A stretch of 64,000 nt of DNA from Candidatus Gottesmanbacteria bacterium (GTDB lineage: Bacteria > Patescibacteriota > Microgenomatia > UBA10105 > UBA927): assembly GCA_043798445.1 (NCBI GenBank), contig JAZDOQ010000007.1, positions 4,437 through 68,436 of the forward strand, given 5' to 3'. How positions within the stretch are numbered: the stretch's first letter is position 1; every line of letters begins with the position of its first letter. Of this stretch, positions 9,074 through 19,073 are shown in pieces. The notes beneath the pieces were generated by a model that saw only the letters and a list, made by a program, of their open reading frames with translations, had not been told where the DNA came from and ran no database searches. Made by a program: the position numbers and the translations under genes.

Positions 9074-9102
9074 GCGTGTATTTTCCGTTATACTTTATAC
9101 GT

Positions 9103-9960
9103 ATGACGTGGCAAGTATTCGTGTGTCTTGCGGTGTTATTGTATTCAGTAAATGGACTGTTGCATCGAGTGTTGATGAAACAGACGCATTCTGATGCATA
9201 TGCACAGGCTGTTGTATTTAACGGATTGACCGGACTATTTTCACTTATCATTCTCCTCTTTCAAAATAATTTTCATTTCTATGTTCTTTCAGTACAGCAA
9301 CTTGTATTACTGATACCTGTCGTTATTTGTGTGAGCGTTGCGACAGTTTGTACGTTTAAAGGGTTGAAATTAATCGAGGTCTCTGAACATACCATTCTTC
9401 TTACCACATCAAAGGTGTGGTTGATTATTGGTACGCTCGTTATATTGCAAGAGCGTTTTACTAGTCTAAAATTATTTGGTGCAATCATAGTATTAGTTGG
9501 CGTGTTTATCGCGGAGTGGAGAAATCGAAAATTTGTTTTTAATACAGGTGCCATCTATGTGTTAATCGCGGCGTTTTTGTATGCAACAGGGGAAGTTCTC
9601 TCTTTTTATATATTGAGAAATCTTGATGCGATACCGTTCATGGTGTACACAAGTTTTTTCGGCCTCATACTGTTGTTGGCAATGAAGCCTAGTATCATAA
9701 GAAAATTATCGTTTTATATTCAACCGAAATTCGGATTAAATATTATTGCAGTCTCTGTCAATGATACGCTGGCAACATTATGTGTATTTCTGGCGTACCA
9801 AGTTGGACGAAATGCACTGCAGATTGGTCCATTGATGGCAACCCAAACGATTGTGACCGTGATACTTGCATTATTTATTCTTCATGAACGCGATTTCATG
9901 AAGCAAAAAATTCTTGGAGCAGTTACTGTCGTTGTCGGAACAGTACTTCTTATAGTGTAA
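9103..9960 (+). CDS. EamA/DMT-family transporter
   Basis: About 10 TM segments arranged as two EamA-like halves. Confidence 0.7.
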   Translation: MTWQVFVCLAVLLYSVNGLLHRVLMKQTHSDAYAQAVVFNGLTGLFSLIILLFQNNFHFYVLSVQQLVLLIPVVICVSVATVCTFKGLKLIEVSEHTILLTTSKVWLIIGTLVILQERFTSLKLFGAIIVLVGVFIAEWRNRKFVFNTGAIYVLIAAFLYATGEVLSFYILRNLDAIPFMVYTSFFGLILLLAMKPSIIRKLSFYIQPKFGLNIIAVSVNDTLATLCVFLAYQVGRNALQIGPLMATQTIVTVILALFILHERDFMKQKILGAVTVVVGTVLLIV

Positions 9961-10180
9961 ATGATTTCGTAGCGTTGCAACAGTGTTTCTAAAAATATAT
10001 TTTACTATTTCGCGTCCTTACGCATTTTCTTTTTAATCTATTACGATTCGGATTGTATTAGTGCGATATATTTTTTGACATCTTGACAGTACAATCCAAA
10101 TTCCATATCGTGATTCATAGAGATTGTTACAACAGTCTGAAAAAAAATTTGCTGCCCGGTCAGGAGGTGAACATACTACT

Positions 10181-10453
10181 ATGACAAAAGCAGATTTAGT
10201 CGAAGTTGTCGCAAAAAAAGCAAGCCTCACTGCAAAAGCAGCTCGAGAAGCAGTGGCTGCAGTGTTTGCTGCAATGACAGACACTCTAAAAAAAGGTGAT
10301 AAAGTCGTTGTGACTGGTTTTGGAACATTCATGATCCGATCCAGAAAAGCACGAACCGGAAGAAATCCACAGACCGGTAAACCAATCAGTATTCCAGCTC
10401 GTAAGACCCCGGGTTTCACAGCAGGAAAAGCATTAAAGAAAGCCGTTCGGTAA
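10181..10453 (+). CDS. hup: DNA-binding protein HU
   Basis: MTKADLVEVVAKK...GFGTFMIRSRKARTGRNPQTGKPI is the HU/IHF signature. AGGAGG lies upstream of the ATG. Confidence 0.93.
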   Translation: MTKADLVEVVAKKASLTAKAAREAVAAVFAAMTDTLKKGDKVVVTGFGTFMIRSRKARTGRNPQTGKPISIPARKTPGFTAGKALKKAVR

Positions 10454-10476
10454 TACGAGATGGCGCAAGTAGTATA

Positions 10477-10528
10477 GGAAAACTCCTTATACTTTTACTA
10501 AAAAGTACAGGAGCTTTCCTTTTTTTTT
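10477..10528 (+). terminator. Rho-independent terminator after hup
   Basis: A long hairpin forms from GGAAAACTCC..TACTTTT-ACT-AAAAGTA..GGAGCTTTCC and is followed by a run of 9 T. Confidence 0.75.
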
Positions 10529-10553
10529 AGGACCATGTACACTAATAAGTAGT

Positions 10554-11267
10554 ATGGTAAAAAAATCATCCACAACCAAAATAGAAAAAAGTGAAAGTTT
10601 GCTCTCTGAATCACCAATGAAAGAAACGCCACCGCAAGTTATGCAGGTTGTTGAGGTTATGGATGAAGAAGAAAAAAATGTTGATGTGCAGGATGTGGAG
10701 AGTGAGAAAACAAAAGAAGAAAAGCATCAAGAAATTGTCAGTGAATTTTTTGCCAAAAAAGAGCAACCGGTATCACCAGTAGGATATCCGGATATCAGCG
10801 TGCATAAAAAATCACCAATAAAAGGAGTGATACTGTGGGCGCTTGGCGTATTTGCCATTGTTGCGCTTATTGGATTCATCATTATCAGCGCTAGTCGTGG
10901 CGGTATAAAGATGCCGGAAATCGGCGCAAAGCCAACACCTACCGTTACGCCGGCTCCAACTGCTGTGCCAACACCAATTGTTGACAGGAAGTCATTAAAA
11001 GTTCAGGTGTTGAATGGCTCAGGAATTGCAGGGGTTGCAGGAACGATGAAAACGTTGCTTGAAGAAAAAGGCTACACGGTATCAGGAACCGGGAATGCAA
11101 AAACATACGATTATGCAAATACAGAGATTCAGGTCACCGCTGAAAAAGAATCATTCCTTTCTATATTGCAGGCAGATCTTGCAGGCTCTTATACGATTGG
11201 ATCAACAGCGGCCGGTCTAAAAAGTTCTTCTCTCTATGATGCAGTCGTCATTATTGGGAAAGAATAA
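10554..11267 (+). CDS. membrane-anchored LytR_C (LytR/CpsA/Psr C-terminal) domain protein
   Basis: An acidic N-terminus and a single TM are followed by the LytR_C-like stretch LKVQVLNGSGIAGVAGTMKTLLEEKGY. Confidence 0.65.
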   Translation: MVKKSSTTKIEKSESLLSESPMKETPPQVMQVVEVMDEEEKNVDVQDVESEKTKEEKHQEIVSEFFAKKEQPVSPVGYPDISVHKKSPIKGVILWALGVFAIVALIGFIIISASRGGIKMPEIGAKPTPTVTPAPTAVPTPIVDRKSLKVQVLNGSGIAGVAGTMKTLLEEKGYTVSGTGNAKTYDYANTEIQVTAEKESFLSILQADLAGSYTIGSTAAGLKSSSLYDAVVIIGKE

Positions 11268-11291
11268 GGCAACTCTGCTACAATCGTCTCC

Positions 11292-12425
11292 ATGAAGTAC
11301 TTCATTTTTGTATTTGGATGCGCAGCAAACGTGGCCGACAGCGAACGGATTACGACATCGTATGTTTTGCGCGGATGGAAGGTGGCAACTGATATACGAG
11401 ACGCCAATGAGGTTGTTATTGTTACCTGCATGATCAGACAATCAGCAGAGGATAGGGTAAGTGGGTTACTTCGTAATCTTGGTAAAGAAAAACAAAAGGG
11501 AAAACAAGTAAAAATTATCGTGACAGGATGCATGAGTGGTATGGCCATCCGGGATAAAACTGGAAAGATGATGACAAACCTAAGGAAACGGTATCCAATG
11601 GTCGATGAGTTTGTCGGTATTGAAGAGGTTGGATATACGAATGAACAACTTCGGAGTGATGCAAAACACGCGCTCGTTATCATCAGTAATGGATGTAACA
11701 ATTTTTGTTCCTATTGTGTCGTTCCATTTGCCAGGGGCAGGGAAATAAGCAGACCGTTTGAAGATATAATTTCCGAGTGTCAAGAACTTGCTAATAAAGG
11801 GTATACGAGTGTGACCTTGGTTGGACAAAATGTTAACTCCTATGGATCAGACTTGGTGCATGATAAAAGTAAGAAACCAATATATGTGAAACACCTGGGA
11901 AAAATGCGGATTCCAACATTATTCCCATATTTACTTTCAGAAGTCGCACGGACTCCAGGTTTTACTGCAGTTGATTTTATTTCGAGTAATCCATGGGATT
12001 TCTCGGATGAACTGATTGAAGTGATTGCGAAATACAATACTATAAAACGGCTTATTCATTTGCCGGTGCAGTCGGGAGATGCATCTGTTTTAAGACGCAT
12101 GAATCGTTGGTATACCCCTTCGGGGTACAAGAAATTGGTGGGAAAAATTCGAAAAAAAATTCCGAATGTTACATTTTCAACGGATATTATTGTTGGATTT
12201 CCTGGGGAAACAAAAAAACAATTTGAACATACGGTATCATTATGTAAAGACGTAGGATTTGCGAAAGCATATATTTCCATGTATTCAGACAGACCTGCAA
12301 CATTTGCTCACAACACATTGGGAGATACGATATCGTATGAAGAAAAAAAGAAACGATGGGAACTGCTTGATGAACTCATAAACAAAACAAATCTTCGGAA
12401 AGGAACGTATCCGCTGTATGAATAA
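11292..12425 (+). CDS. miaB: radical-SAM methylthiotransferase (MiaB/RimO family), no obvious TRAM domain
   Basis: Has an MTTase N-domain (FGCAANVADSE) and the radical SAM motif CNNFCSYCVVP. It sits directly upstream of and overlaps miaA. Confidence 0.7.
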   Translation: MKYFIFVFGCAANVADSERITTSYVLRGWKVATDIRDANEVVIVTCMIRQSAEDRVSGLLRNLGKEKQKGKQVKIIVTGCMSGMAIRDKTGKMMTNLRKRYPMVDEFVGIEEVGYTNEQLRSDAKHALVIISNGCNNFCSYCVVPFARGREISRPFEDIISECQELANKGYTSVTLVGQNVNSYGSDLVHDKSKKPIYVKHLGKMRIPTLFPYLLSEVARTPGFTAVDFISSNPWDFSDELIEVIAKYNTIKRLIHLPVQSGDASVLRRMNRWYTPSGYKKLVGKIRKKIPNVTFSTDIIVGFPGETKKQFEHTVSLCKDVGFAKAYISMYSDRPATFAHNTLGDTISYEEKKKRWELLDELINKTNLRKGTYPLYE

Positions 12426-13317
12426 GGTGCTTATCATTTGTGGACCAACCGCAACCGGAAAAACTGCTGTGGCGGTGAAACTCGCAAAGAAATTTAATGG
12501 AGAGCTTGTGTCTGCGGATTCCCGGCAGGTGTATCGCGGGATGAACATTGGGACAGGGAAGGATACGATGTCGCTTCAGGGGATACCGATATGGATGTAT
12601 GACGTAGTGAATCCTGATGAATCGTTTAATGTTTCTCAGTATCAGATTCTTGCAGCACAGGTGATTGCCGGTATTATGAAACGTGGGAAATTACCTATCA
12701 TTGTCGGAGGAACAGGACTCTACATTAAATCACTCATTAGTTCATTTGATGGAGCGGGAGTTGGACCTGATGAAGCGCTGCGGAAAAAACTTTCGACATA
12801 CTCACTCAGTGCATTGCAAAAAATGCTTCAGGATGTGGGAAAGGAATTGTGGGACGTAATGAATGTATCAGATAGACAAAACCCACGAAGGCTTATTCGG
12901 AAAATTGAGATTGCCCATGGAACAAAACAAGAACAACCGGTAAAAAAAATACCGTATGATGTATGTCAAATTGGTTTACGGATGGATAGCATTGCGTTGT
13001 ATAAACGCATTGATGAACGGGTTATGAGGCGTGTGGAAGAGGGGGTTGAACAGGAAATCCGTATACTTCTTCAAAAAGGATACCGATGGGACCTGCCTTC
13101 AATGAGCGGTTTAGGATATCGTCAATGGAAAGCGTATGTTGATAAGACAAACACAAAAGAAGAAGTGATCGAGCGATGGAAGTTTGATGAGCATGGATAT
13201 GCCCGGCGTCAGATGACGTGGTTCCGGGCTGATAAGACAATCCATTGGTTTGACGCAGCAAAGCGTGGAATAGATAAGGAAATAGAGTCAGCGGTTACTT
13301 CATGGTATACTCTATGA
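12418..13317 (+). CDS. miaA: tRNA dimethylallyltransferase
   Basis: Contains the P-loop GPTATGKT, SADSRQVYRGMNIGT and the PIIVGGTGLY motif. Confidence 0.92.
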   Translation: MNKVLIICGPTATGKTAVAVKLAKKFNGELVSADSRQVYRGMNIGTGKDTMSLQGIPIWMYDVVNPDESFNVSQYQILAAQVIAGIMKRGKLPIIVGGTGLYIKSLISSFDGAGVGPDEALRKKLSTYSLSALQKMLQDVGKELWDVMNVSDRQNPRRLIRKIEIAHGTKQEQPVKKIPYDVCQIGLRMDSIALYKRIDERVMRRVEEGVEQEIRILLQKGYRWDLPSMSGLGYRQWKAYVDKTNTKEEVIERWKFDEHGYARRQMTWFRADKTIHWFDAAKRGIDKEIESAVTSWYTL

Positions 13318-14303
13318 TAGATATGGTATCCAAAATAGAAATTTCCCATAAAACTATTATCTTTACCTTAGTGCTTCTTGCATCAATATGGTTAGTATTG
13401 CAGATTCGCGATATTTTGTTTCTTGTCTTTGTCGCATTCATCATCATGTCAACACTCCGTCCGATTGTTGACTGGATGGGGACAAAAAGAATACCTCGAT
13501 TCATCGCAGCGCTTCTTGTGTACATTGTCGTGTTCGGCTTAATCGGATTTTCTATCGCTGGTCTTATTCCATCTCTCATCTCTCAAACAACGAGTTTTTC
13601 CCAGGCATTTCCAACCGTCATTGCCAGAGTAATACCGTACTGGAATATTGATTTGAATTCATTCTCTCAACAGCTTGCTCCGATCGGAGAAAATTTAGTG
13701 AAAGTAACGATAGGTATTTTTTCAAATATCATTTCCATCTTGATGGTGATGGTATTCTCCTTTTATTTCCTTCTTGAAAGGAAACATGCAGATAAAATTG
13801 CTGCCGGATTTGTAGGGGAAGAAAAAGCGACATCATTTATAACTGTGGTACAACGCATTGAAGGAAGATTGGGTTCATGGATGATGGGACAACTGTTTCT
13901 TATGTTTACTGTGGGACTGCTGTGCTATATCGGACTTCTTCTTTTGGGAGTGAAATATGCATTACCTCTTGCTATCATTGCAGGACTTCTGGAAATCGTT
14001 CCGAACATTGGTCCGATTGTCTCTGCGATTCCCGCTATGTTGATTGCGCTTTCCATTTCTCCGGTTATGGCATTAAGCGTTGGTGTTTTATATCTGGTTA
14101 TTCAACAACTTGAGAATAATGTTATCGTGCCGCTTGTGATGAAAAGAAGTGTGGGATTATCACCAATCATTACAATTTTCTCATTGCTTGTTGGTGGAAG
14201 ACTCGCAGGCATTACTGGTGCAGTGCTTGCGATACCAGTTCTTCTTATTATTCAGGAGCTCATCATTGCAGTTGCTGGTGCAGGAGACAAAGATACGAAG
14301 TAA
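13302..14303 (+). CDS. AI-2E family transporter (UPF0118/PerM-like)
   Basis: Multi-TM protein containing the conserved IPNIGPIVSAIPA segment. Confidence 0.8.
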   Translation: MVYSMIDMVSKIEISHKTIIFTLVLLASIWLVLQIRDILFLVFVAFIIMSTLRPIVDWMGTKRIPRFIAALLVYIVVFGLIGFSIAGLIPSLISQTTSFSQAFPTVIARVIPYWNIDLNSFSQQLAPIGENLVKVTIGIFSNIISILMVMVFSFYFLLERKHADKIAAGFVGEEKATSFITVVQRIEGRLGSWMMGQLFLMFTVGLLCYIGLLLLGVKYALPLAIIAGLLEIVPNIGPIVSAIPAMLIALSISPVMALSVGVLYLVIQQLENNVIVPLVMKRSVGLSPIITIFSLLVGGRLAGITGAVLAIPVLLIIQELIIAVAGAGDKDTK

Positions 14304-14316
14304 AGATTCTTAAGCA

Positions 14317-14696
14317 CGCGCTGAAACAACTATAAGCCAGATTCTGTAACCTTTCGGTCGATCTTCATTTATCTAATGCCCGCATGCTTCAGTCCTGGCA
14401 ACTGTGTGCTCATAACGGACTAGTCGTCGGTTGCAGCGAGTGGGATTGCCAACGTTTCACTTGTATTTCATGAGTCTTGCGACCGGTAGAAACACACTCG
14501 TCTCTGTGGCTCTCTCATCCTGTCAATTCAGGAATCGTTCCCGCCGACTTTCGAAGGCGGAACACCAGCCACGCACTAGAGTGCTTACACACACAGTACA
14601 TGGTCACCCTTTACAGGGGGTCCCCTCACAGTTAGCTGTCTGGACTTTCCTGACCCTGACTAATGTCAGGGCCTAAAGATCCGTTGTTCCAGCGCG
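14317..14696 (-). ncRNA. rnpB: RNase P RNA (bacterial)
   Basis: The minus strand contains GGTCAGGAAAGTCCAGAC (the CR-I/P4 5' strand) and ACAGAATCTGGCTTATAG (the CR-V/P4 3' strand). P1 can form between GCGCTGGAACAAC and GTTGTTTCAGCGC. Ends are approximate to about 5 nt. Confidence 0.85.
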
Positions 14697-14770
14697 TAAT
14701 CCGTAGTATACCACACCAAAAACGAAACCCAGCTCCGTAAAAGGAGCTGGGAGGCAGAAAATTCTTACGC

Positions 14771-14798
14771 GTAAAAATACCTGCTTTTTTCAGGTATT
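14771..14798 (-). terminator. Rho-independent terminator after the DUF5679 gene
   Basis: The minus strand reads AATACCTG-AAAAAAG-CAGGTATT followed by TTTTA. Confidence 0.65.
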
Positions 14799-14802
14799 TG
14801 TG

Positions 14803-14952
14803 TTAGCCGCCAATTTTGAACATTCCGGTTCCACATGTTGGGCATTTGCCTTTCATTGCTGGTTTTCCGTTTTTCAATGTGACTTTTACCGCTGCTGGAT
14901 CATCTCTTTTTGCTCGACATTTTACACAATACATTGTTGTCATAGTACTCAT
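14803..14952 (-). CDS. DUF5679-type small zinc-ribbon protein (49 aa, below the ORF-track cutoff)
   Basis: Hand translation gives MSTMTTMYCVKCRAKRDDPAAVKVTLKNGKPAMKGKCPTCGTGMFKIGG, with CxxC...CxxC. GGAGGTG lies upstream. The start could instead be the ATG at 14943. Confidence 0.8.
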   Translation of the reverse strand: MSTMTTMYCVKCRAKRDDPAAVKVTLKNGKPAMKGKCPTCGTGMFKIGG

Positions 14953-14975
14953 TCACCTCCCTTCAATTTCGTTTA

Positions 14976-15257
14976 TTACCGTAGAATTTTTGACAAAAAT
15001 AATTCAAATACAATAAACAAAAATACGACAATCAGTGTTTTGACGAGATCTTTTCTAATGGCGCGTGACTCTGTTTCAGGGAATGACAATGTTGTCGTTG
15101 TCGTTGAAAGAGTGGGCGCTAGTACGGGCAGCGTGAATATTGAACGTGCTGGCTGTTGTAATGATGGTGTCTGTTCAATATGGGGGACGTCATCCAATCG
15201 TTGGAGTTTTCTTCTGTACTCTGCAATCAGTTTAGCCTTTTTTGTTTTTTTTGGCAT
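14976..15257 (-). CDS. hypothetical protein with a basic N-terminus and C-terminal TM
   Basis: The ORF has a Lys-rich start and a hydrophobic tail. No family recognised. Confidence 0.4.
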   Translation of the reverse strand: MPKKTKKAKLIAEYRRKLQRLDDVPHIEQTPSLQQPARSIFTLPVLAPTLSTTTTTLSFPETESRAIRKDLVKTLIVVFLFIVFELFLSKILR

Positions 15258-15366
15258 AGGTATTTGAGGCTAGCGTTGAGCGTAACACAGCTTCAAGAGT
15301 GTTGTCAACAGCTGGAGGAAAAGTAGTGTTTTTCTCAGTTGACAATAGAACAACTTCCATACTACT

Positions 15367-15852
15367 ATGATGGATACGAAAGGTGTTCAACTGAACATGG
15401 ATGTTTTTATTGGAGTTTCCGTATTTTTAGGTGTGTGGATGGTCGTGTTGACTGTAGTTGTTTTCCGCATGATAGGCCACTATAACAAGTTAACTGTTGG
15501 AGTCTCGTCAAAGACCATGCAAGAGGTGTTATCTTCGCTTCTTAATAAACAGGAAGCAAGTATGAAAGATATTGCAACGCTTCAAGAAGCACTTCGGTAT
15601 GTAGAAGCTGATGGAAAGCTGCATCTGCAACGGATCGGTGTTGTTCGGTTTAATCCGTTTTCTGACACCGGAGGAAGTCAAAGTTTTACTCTAGCGATTC
15701 TTGATGGAAAAGATAACGGCATTATTATGACGTCTCTCTATGCGAGAACAGGTAATCGGTGGTATATTAAACATATTAAAGCAGGATTGTGTGAAGATGT
15801 TGAGCTCTCGAAAGAAGAGCAGTCAGCAATTAAAAAAGCACGACCGGTATAA
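15367..15852 (+). CDS. DUF4446 family protein
   Basis: An N-terminal TM is followed by RIGVVRFNPFSDTGGSQSFTLAILD, which is characteristic of DUF4446. Confidence 0.7.
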   Translation: MMDTKGVQLNMDVFIGVSVFLGVWMVVLTVVVFRMIGHYNKLTVGVSSKTMQEVLSSLLNKQEASMKDIATLQEALRYVEADGKLHLQRIGVVRFNPFSDTGGSQSFTLAILDGKDNGIIMTSLYARTGNRWYIKHIKAGLCEDVELSKEEQSAIKKARPV

Positions 15853-15881
15853 GTGTTTCTTTAGGAGGAAAAAGACAATCT

Positions 15882-17063
15882 ATGAAAAAACAAAATCTGC
15901 TCATCAGCGGCATTATTGCAATTGCCTTGTATTTGATCTCAACGGGAGTATCTGCTGCGGTATTTAACGCGGTTGGTACGAAAACAACCGGTGGAAAAAC
16001 AACACTGAAAGTTGATTCAACTGGAAAGCCGCAAAAACATTTTACGATTGATCCGTCAATTCCACGCACTGAATCATGTCCCTTGAACGGAATGATGTAT
16101 ACAGCGCAGGAAAAAGCAGTGTGGGAAAAGCGCCGACCACTAGCGGTTATGATAGAAAATCATGCTGAATCACGACCGCAATCAGGGCTTTCATTTGCTG
16201 ATGTTGTGTATGAATCAGTTGCAGAAGGTGGTATTAGTCGGTTCATGGGCGTATTCTACTGTGGAATTGCAGCAGAAAACGTTAGTCTTGCACCGGTTCG
16301 GAGTGCTCGTACCTATTATCTTCCATGGGTGCTTGAATATGATGCCTTGTACAACCATGTTGGTGGAGCTGGACGATGTGAAGATGAAACAGTTGATGAA
16401 CGGGCAAAGGCGTTGTGTCAGATTGATCTGTGGAATATTAAAGATATGGATCAATTCGGCATTTCATTTCCAACCTGCTACAGAAATTATGATAGGCTTG
16501 ATCATACAGTGGCAACCGAACACACAATGGTCTGCCAAACAGACAAGTTAACAGAACTTGCTGCAACTCGCGGATGGACAAACGTTGATAGTAAGGGTGT
16601 GTCTTGGGATAAAAAGTTTAAATCATGGAAGTTTAAAGATGATGCAAAAGAGGGGGAACGGGGAGATGCAACGAACATAAGTTTTGTTGCATGGAAAGGA
16701 TATGAAAAAGATTACGGAGTGAAATGGATATATAATAAAACTGAAAATGTGTACATGAGAGAAAATGGTGGAGTTCCGCATCTTGATCTTGAAACCGAAG
16801 AACAGTTGCAGGCGAAGACCGTTATCGTTCTGTTTGCAAAAGAAACAGGTCCTGTTGATGATCATATGCATCTTTTATATGGTAACATCGGATCAGGAAA
16901 CGGACTCTTATTCGTTGACGGAAAAGCATCAAAGATAACGTGGGAAAAACTTGACAGGTCAGCGAGAACAATATTTTTTGATGAGTCAAAAAAAGAAATA
17001 TCATTTAACAAAGGACAAATTTGGATTGAAATGTTGCCGATTGGCACATCGGTAACCTATTAA
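15882..17063 (+). CDS. DUF3048 domain protein (YerB-like, secreted or lipoprotein)
   Basis: A signal-like N-terminus is followed by RPLAVMIENHAESRPQSGL...ADVVYE, typical of DUF3048. Confidence 0.75.
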   Translation: MKKQNLLISGIIAIALYLISTGVSAAVFNAVGTKTTGGKTTLKVDSTGKPQKHFTIDPSIPRTESCPLNGMMYTAQEKAVWEKRRPLAVMIENHAESRPQSGLSFADVVYESVAEGGISRFMGVFYCGIAAENVSLAPVRSARTYYLPWVLEYDALYNHVGGAGRCEDETVDERAKALCQIDLWNIKDMDQFGISFPTCYRNYDRLDHTVATEHTMVCQTDKLTELAATRGWTNVDSKGVSWDKKFKSWKFKDDAKEGERGDATNISFVAWKGYEKDYGVKWIYNKTENVYMRENGGVPHLDLETEEQLQAKTVIVLFAKETGPVDDHMHLLYGNIGSGNGLLFVDGKASKITWEKLDRSARTIFFDESKKEISFNKGQIWIEMLPIGTSVTY

Positions 17064-17087
17064 TGTTCCTGCCCGGAAAGATGAAAT

Positions 17088-17669
17088 ATGTTGCTTGAAG
17101 ATATTATCATCTCCAGAGTCCGGGTGAAAATGTTGCAATTGTTTTTAAGTCACCCGGGAGCAATTTTTCACGTTCGTGATATCGTTCGAAAAATTGGCGA
17201 AGAAATAAATGCGGTACGGCGTGAACTTTCCCGCATGGAAAAAGCAGGAATGCTTTCAAAGGAACAACGGGCAAACAGATTGTTTTATGGATTTCGAAAA
17301 GAATACCCATTGTATTACGAGTTTCTTGAGTTGATCGCAAAAACATCAGGATTAGGGCTTGATATTTTAAAACATAAAGCGAAATTGGGGAAACTGAAAT
17401 TTGTGATGATGTCAGGGCGTTATGTGCGTGGATTGCAACGCCGAAGTTTAACAGATGTTGATTTGTTGATTGTTGGAAATGTAGTGCTTCCTGAGTTATC
17501 ACAACTGGTGAAGGCTGAAGAAGTAAGACGGGAGCGGGAGTTAAACTATACGGTCATGTCTGAAGAAGAATTTACATTTAGAAAGAGGCGACGTGATCCG
17601 TTTGTGCTCTCAGTGCTTTCAGGATCCCGCATCATGATAATCGGAGATGAGGAAGAGTTGGTTGAATAA
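17088..17669 (+). CDS. putative winged-helix transcriptional regulator
   Basis: N-terminal wHTH-like segment VRDIVRKIGEEINAVRRELSRMEKAGML. The C-terminal domain is unassigned. Confidence 0.45.
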   Translation: MLLEDIIISRVRVKMLQLFLSHPGAIFHVRDIVRKIGEEINAVRRELSRMEKAGMLSKEQRANRLFYGFRKEYPLYYEFLELIAKTSGLGLDILKHKAKLGKLKFVMMSGRYVRGLQRRSLTDVDLLIVGNVVLPELSQLVKAEEVRRERELNYTVMSEEEFTFRKRRRDPFVLSVLSGSRIMIIGDEEELVE

Positions 17670-17687
17670 TTTTTCTTTTTTCACTCT

Positions 17688-19073
17688 ATGAAACATACAA
17701 AAAGAACGTTTGTGTTTCTTCTTTTATTAGGAGTTGTGCTTTCGTTCGTTGTGATTCCTCAAAACACCAGCATTACGATTCCATTTGGCAAAACCAAACA
17801 AACCATCACACTCAATCCTCCATTGATCGATACAACAGTGTTTGGAATAAAAATACAAAAAGAATTTAAAACACACCTTGGACTTGATTTGGCAGGCGGA
17901 ACACAGGTCTCACTTGAAGCAGACATGACGGGAATTCAAGTATCTGACAGACAAGATTCACTTGAATCTGCAAAGCAAGTCATTGAGCGGAGGGTAAATT
18001 TTTTTGGTGTGTCAGAACCGGTTATCCAATCAGCAGTGAGTGGAGAAACATACAGAATTATTGTTGAACTTCCCGGAGTTACGAATACCGAAGAAGCGCT
18101 TGCCCTTGTCGGTCAAACTGCAAATTTGGAATTTCGGGAAATTATCGAAGAAGCGCAAGCTGCAACATCGGCAGCGTATTTTTTCCCAACACTTGCAAAT
18201 ACAAAGTCAGTTGGAATTTCCGGAAAAGATTTGAAAAAATCCAGTATACAATTTAATACTAATAATGGAGAACCGGAAGTCGGTATTCTGTTTACTCCGG
18301 ATGGAGCAAAAAAATTTGCAGATGTCACGAAACGGTTGGTTGGAAAACCGCTTGCGATATTTCTTGATGACGTCATTGTTACCGCGCCAACCGTTAATAC
18401 AGAAATTACTAATGGAGAAGCAGTGATCACCGGAAATTTTACGGTTGATTCTGCAAAACAGCTCTCTATTCAGCTTAATGCAGGGGCTCTTCCTGTGCCT
18501 GTTAAAGTTGTTGAAAAACGGATGATTGGTGCAACGCTTGGAGCTGAGTCAGTAGAAAAAAGTACACGTGCTGGGCTTATTGGTCTTGCGATTGTTGCGG
18601 TTTTTATGATTGTTGAATACGGATGGTTGGGAGTGTTGGCAGATCTAGCACTTGTCATGTATGGACTTATTACATTTTCCTTGTATCGTATTATTCCTGT
18701 TACTTTGACATTGCCTGGAATTGCAGGTTTTATTCTTTCAATAGGTATGGCAGTTGATAGCAATATTTTAATTTTTTCCAGGTACAAAGAAGAACTGCGT
18801 CGGGAAAAGCCATGGCAAATTGCCATGGAGCTTGGTTTTGGAAAAGCATGGGAAAGTATCAGAGATGCAAACATTACGACCATCATCACCTCAATTATTT
18901 TGTTTAACCCGGGGAACTGGTCATTTCTTCCAACATCAGGACTCGTCAGGGGATTTGCCGCCACGTTATTTATCGGAGTTGTGACAAGCTTGTTTACCGG
19001 TATCGTTGTAACGAGAACGTTTATTCGTGTGCTCTATAAAGGACCGAAATCACCAAAAGGGGGAACAGCATGA
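17688..19073 (+). CDS. secD: protein translocase subunit SecD
   Basis: Contains GLDLAGG and a periplasmic domain, plus a C-terminal 6-TM bundle. Overlaps secF. Confidence 0.92.
   Translation: MKHTKRTFVFLLLLGVVLSFVVIPQNTSITIPFGKTKQTITLNPPLIDTTVFGIKIQKEFKTHLGLDLAGGTQVSLEADMTGIQVSDRQDSLESAKQVIERRVNFFGVSEPVIQSAVSGETYRIIVELPGVTNTEEALALVGQTANLEFREIIEEAQAATSAAYFFPTLANTKSVGISGKDLKKSSIQFNTNNGEPEVGILFTPDGAKKFADVTKRLVGKPLAIFLDDVIVTAPTVNTEITNGEAVITGNFTVDSAKQLSIQLNAGALPVPVKVVEKRMIGATLGAESVEKSTRAGLIGLAIVAVFMIVEYGWLGVLADLALVMYGLITFSLYRIIPVTLTLPGIAGFILSIGMAVDSNILIFSRYKEELRREKPWQIAMELGFGKAWESIRDANITTIITSIILFNPGNWSFLPTSGLVRGFAATLFIGVVTSLFTGIVVTRTFIRVLYKGPKSPKGGTA

Noticed and set aside
14431-15267. Plus-strand ORFs 14431-14676 (81 aa), 14800-15267 (155 aa) and 14816-15016.
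   Set aside because: The first lies within the RNase P RNA gene. The others are antisense to the DUF5679 gene and the 93-aa gene, which have a ribosome-binding site, a terminator and family support.
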